The position numbers and the translations under genes were made by a program. Positions 34,401 through 35,345 of a stretch of DNA of 35,345 nt are shown here, piece by piece. Position 1 is the first letter of the stretch, and each line of letters begins with the position of its first letter. Under the pieces are notes generated by a model. It saw nothing but the letters and a program-made list of their open reading frames with translations. It did no database searches and was not told the DNA's origin. Source of the stretch: a virus. Lineage: Duplodnaviria > Caudoviricetes. The stretch lies in IMG/VR virus record IMGVR_UViG_3300047390_000001, positions 1-35,345 of that record; one strand, written 5' to 3'.

Positions 34401-35345
34401 GTTTGCAAAAGTTGGTGAAGCGCTAAAAATAGAACAGAGCGAAGCGTCTAGTGTGCAGAGGCAAAGAGAACTTGACAACATTAAGCGTTATCAGCGTAGG
34501 GTGCAAAGGCAGACCAAGGTTAGACAAGGCCGTGACGAACGTTTAAGGGCTGACTTCAACCGCCTTGTGGCGTCTGGCGTGCCCGGTACGTACTTGCCTA
34601 GCAACATAATCCAAATGGTTAGGGGCAATAACTTGCCGGGCGTCTTGCAGTTCCTGAGAGAAAAGTACGAAGTAAACTCTGCAAAAGACAAAATATTTAA
34701 GTCAGTTGCGCAAGCGTTATTCCAGATGAAGCTGGATACAAAGATCTTTTACGCTGATTCTTTGTCTAATGGAGACTTGGCGCAGTACGATCCTGTTGCA
34801 GATACTATTTATGTTACAGCGCAGGGCATGACCGCCTCTACCGTACTGCATGAAATTGTTCACGCTGCAACGGCTAAGATTATTAATCTCTACACCACTC
34901 GTCAATTTAAACTGTTGACTGAAGCGCAGATCAGAGCCGTTGAGCATCTTAATGATTTGATGTATGAGACTGCCGGAAGACTTGCGGATAGACACCCTGA
35001 AGCTTATGAAGTTGTAGGCAAAGACTCTGAAGGCAATCCTCGCTACAGCTTGATGGAGTTTTTGGCCTATGCGTTGACTAAAGATACGATGCAGATTGAT
35101 TTGGCTTTGCTCCAGCCTAAAAAATCAGCTGCAATGGATAGATTATTGTTGCCCGAGGGCGCGGTAGTTACAAACCTTCCAGAGTCAAAGAGCATGTGGT
35201 CCGAATTTGGTAGGGCTATTGCAGAGATTATTGGCCTAAGCAAAGTTTATTTTCGTAAAAACAAAGTGCGTGAAGATGCGCCATACAACTACTTGCTAGA
35301 GATCTCTTCGTCGTTTAATGAAATTCTTGCCAAACCAACAGAACC
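31444..35345 (+). CDS. Giant internal virion / polyvalent protein with a zincin-like metallopeptidase domain (3' end outside the window; not in the ORF track)
   Basis: ATG 31444, no in-frame stop seen to the window end (about 1300 codons). Two N-terminal DI.KARQ.GY.D.E...L repeats, hydrophobic G/A-rich helices, and YDPVADTIYV...LHEIVHA (HExxH 34849-34863)...EFLAYAL. Confidence 0.82.
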   Translation, partial: MALDIEKARQAGYSDAEIVDFLGKDSTLDINKARQVGYKDSELLQHLSSPPAPVQEAPKAAAPAPAPAPTPKSDKEMVPLLRQAADVPLKVGSGVVTGVRMVADAFGADNDVGKNLRGVEDYIASLYSAQSKKDSKEIARIMKDAEDKGVLDQVVAGAKAFSVAPVDMLANALGTSAPAIAAGLAATLASAPALVGLGVSALTGAVMGAGTVKGAIYEATKQALKENTDMSPKEIEARAVLAQEYGGKNLDQILMGSALGTVGASTGVEPALARQLAKGIATKEATKAAIKQNAAKETALAAERGVVKQGAITAGKELATEFPQGAQEQLAQNIALQREGLDVPTMRGVVGQGTLEGLAGLGMGAATGGREAAKARRELAEDATRGGNISGQFTTDKEEVQRAGVGFSKESADLLMPASDAAGKPLVADVAAPEVTETTPAAAATKTKKTKTEVIPFDQATPESIQAANDLITTADSGGKLKNPDIRKVAKAVGLKLPFTYSNAQGVELIKNHLAQQGAPNVAGIDTSAGGAGTGVAALTDTGQAAADATGSQSRGVVSTGANVGTDLDRTKQQPSALSSIAQMQIKKRLEEGETPYEIISLYDSPNLKNEVGEYIKSLTQKTSNKFPTLVRGSVTPGAVRALTNEQLNTELNNINLSDAEYRLVKTELDQRQQGTTSGTTTSQAKQAETQKQTKPAAGTVSLGDLSPDLQDDVLTRQNNIYELEADGAPQAKIAAAYKGLNLLEESLGLELTKPSTLSAKRDTRFIDAVKRIRAEGKEVGAVEQNLTPAYEGQDLKKAIELGKKYESQAEAERDRAYKESLGKSEAVYRAEQERKLTKDEEALGLEPTKSGSISQENRDNYDRAREEFPGLPEWYKLDSVDKDVYFENIRYGNMQEHREAARALIAYLKETGGRDKGYGQGTTTADERRAIKNYEDNRGAASKLFNVQFPRWGDLSQDAKDIFFAELGKGTGRTMNLAGAQQDVAFAKVGEALKIEQSEASSVQRQRELDNIKRYQRRVQRQTKVRQGRDERLRADFNRLVASGVPGTYLPSNIIQMVRGNNLPGVLQFLREKYEVNSAKDKIFKSVAQALFQMKLDTKIFYADSLSNGDLAQYDPVADTIYVTAQGMTASTVLHEIVHAATAKIINLYTTRQFKLLTEAQIRAVEHLNDLMYETAGRLADRHPEAYEVVGKDSEGNPRYSLMEFLAYALTKDTMQIDLALLQPKKSAAMDRLLLPEGAVVTNLPESKSMWSEFGRAIAEIIGLSKVYFRKNKVREDAPYNYLLEISSSFNEILAKPTE
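33005..33178 (+). CDS. Candidate overprinted gene, 57 aa, in the +1 frame inside CDS 31444
   Basis: AAGGAG (32993-98) 6 nt before the ATG; MLQELTHQQVEQALEWLHSPIQGRPPQTLLDLNPVEWYLLEQMLGQIWIEQSSSPLH. Confidence 0.55.
   Translation: MLQELTHQQVEQALEWLHSPIQGRPPQTLLDLNPVEWYLLEQMLGQIWIEQSSSPLH
33476..33547 (+). CDS. Candidate overprinted basic peptide, 23 aa, in the +1 frame inside CDS 31444 (not in the ORF track)
   Basis: AAGGA (33464-68) 7 nt before the GTG; MALRPLKPSKQKRKNKRNQQPEQ. Confidence 0.35.
   Translation: MALRPLKPSKQKRKNKRNQQPEQ

Noticed and set aside
1-35345. Host or named phage-genus assignment
   Set aside because: The gene set resembles uncultured aquatic podophages, but nothing in the window identifies host or genus without a database search.

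Overview
The window is the virion morphogenesis and lysis arm of a tailed dsDNA bacteriophage with podovirus-type (short-tail) architecture. About 47 genes lie on the + strand, tightly packed, often with ATGA/TGATG overlaps. In order: probable terminase small subunit, terminase large subunit, P22-like portal, phage-encoded GroES, scaffold, decoration protein, major capsid protein, a cluster of small basic proteins, adaptor/tail-tube proteins, an array of tail fibre/spike genes (two with S74 chaperones), a six-gene lysis cassette, the tail nozzle, and internal (ejection) proteins. It ends in a >1300-codon ORF with an HExxH metallopeptidase motif that runs off the window. Six CDSs absent from the ORF track were read directly from the DNA. 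I saw no tRNA, rRNA, CRISPR array, integrase or transposase. The best leads are: (1) a T4 gpT-like holin with a periplasmic domain next to a small secreted peptide, suggesting a lysis-inhibition-type system in a podophage; (2) a chained double-pseudoknot RNA after the capsid gene, with its own candidate promoter; (3) an x-x-x-G-G motif, mostly [FYML]-[AK]-x-G-G, repeated about 15 times across six otherwise dissimilar proteins; (4) two small ORFs with their own RBS nested in the +1 frame of the giant internal-protein gene. All family assignments come from motif recognition and memory, not from database searches.
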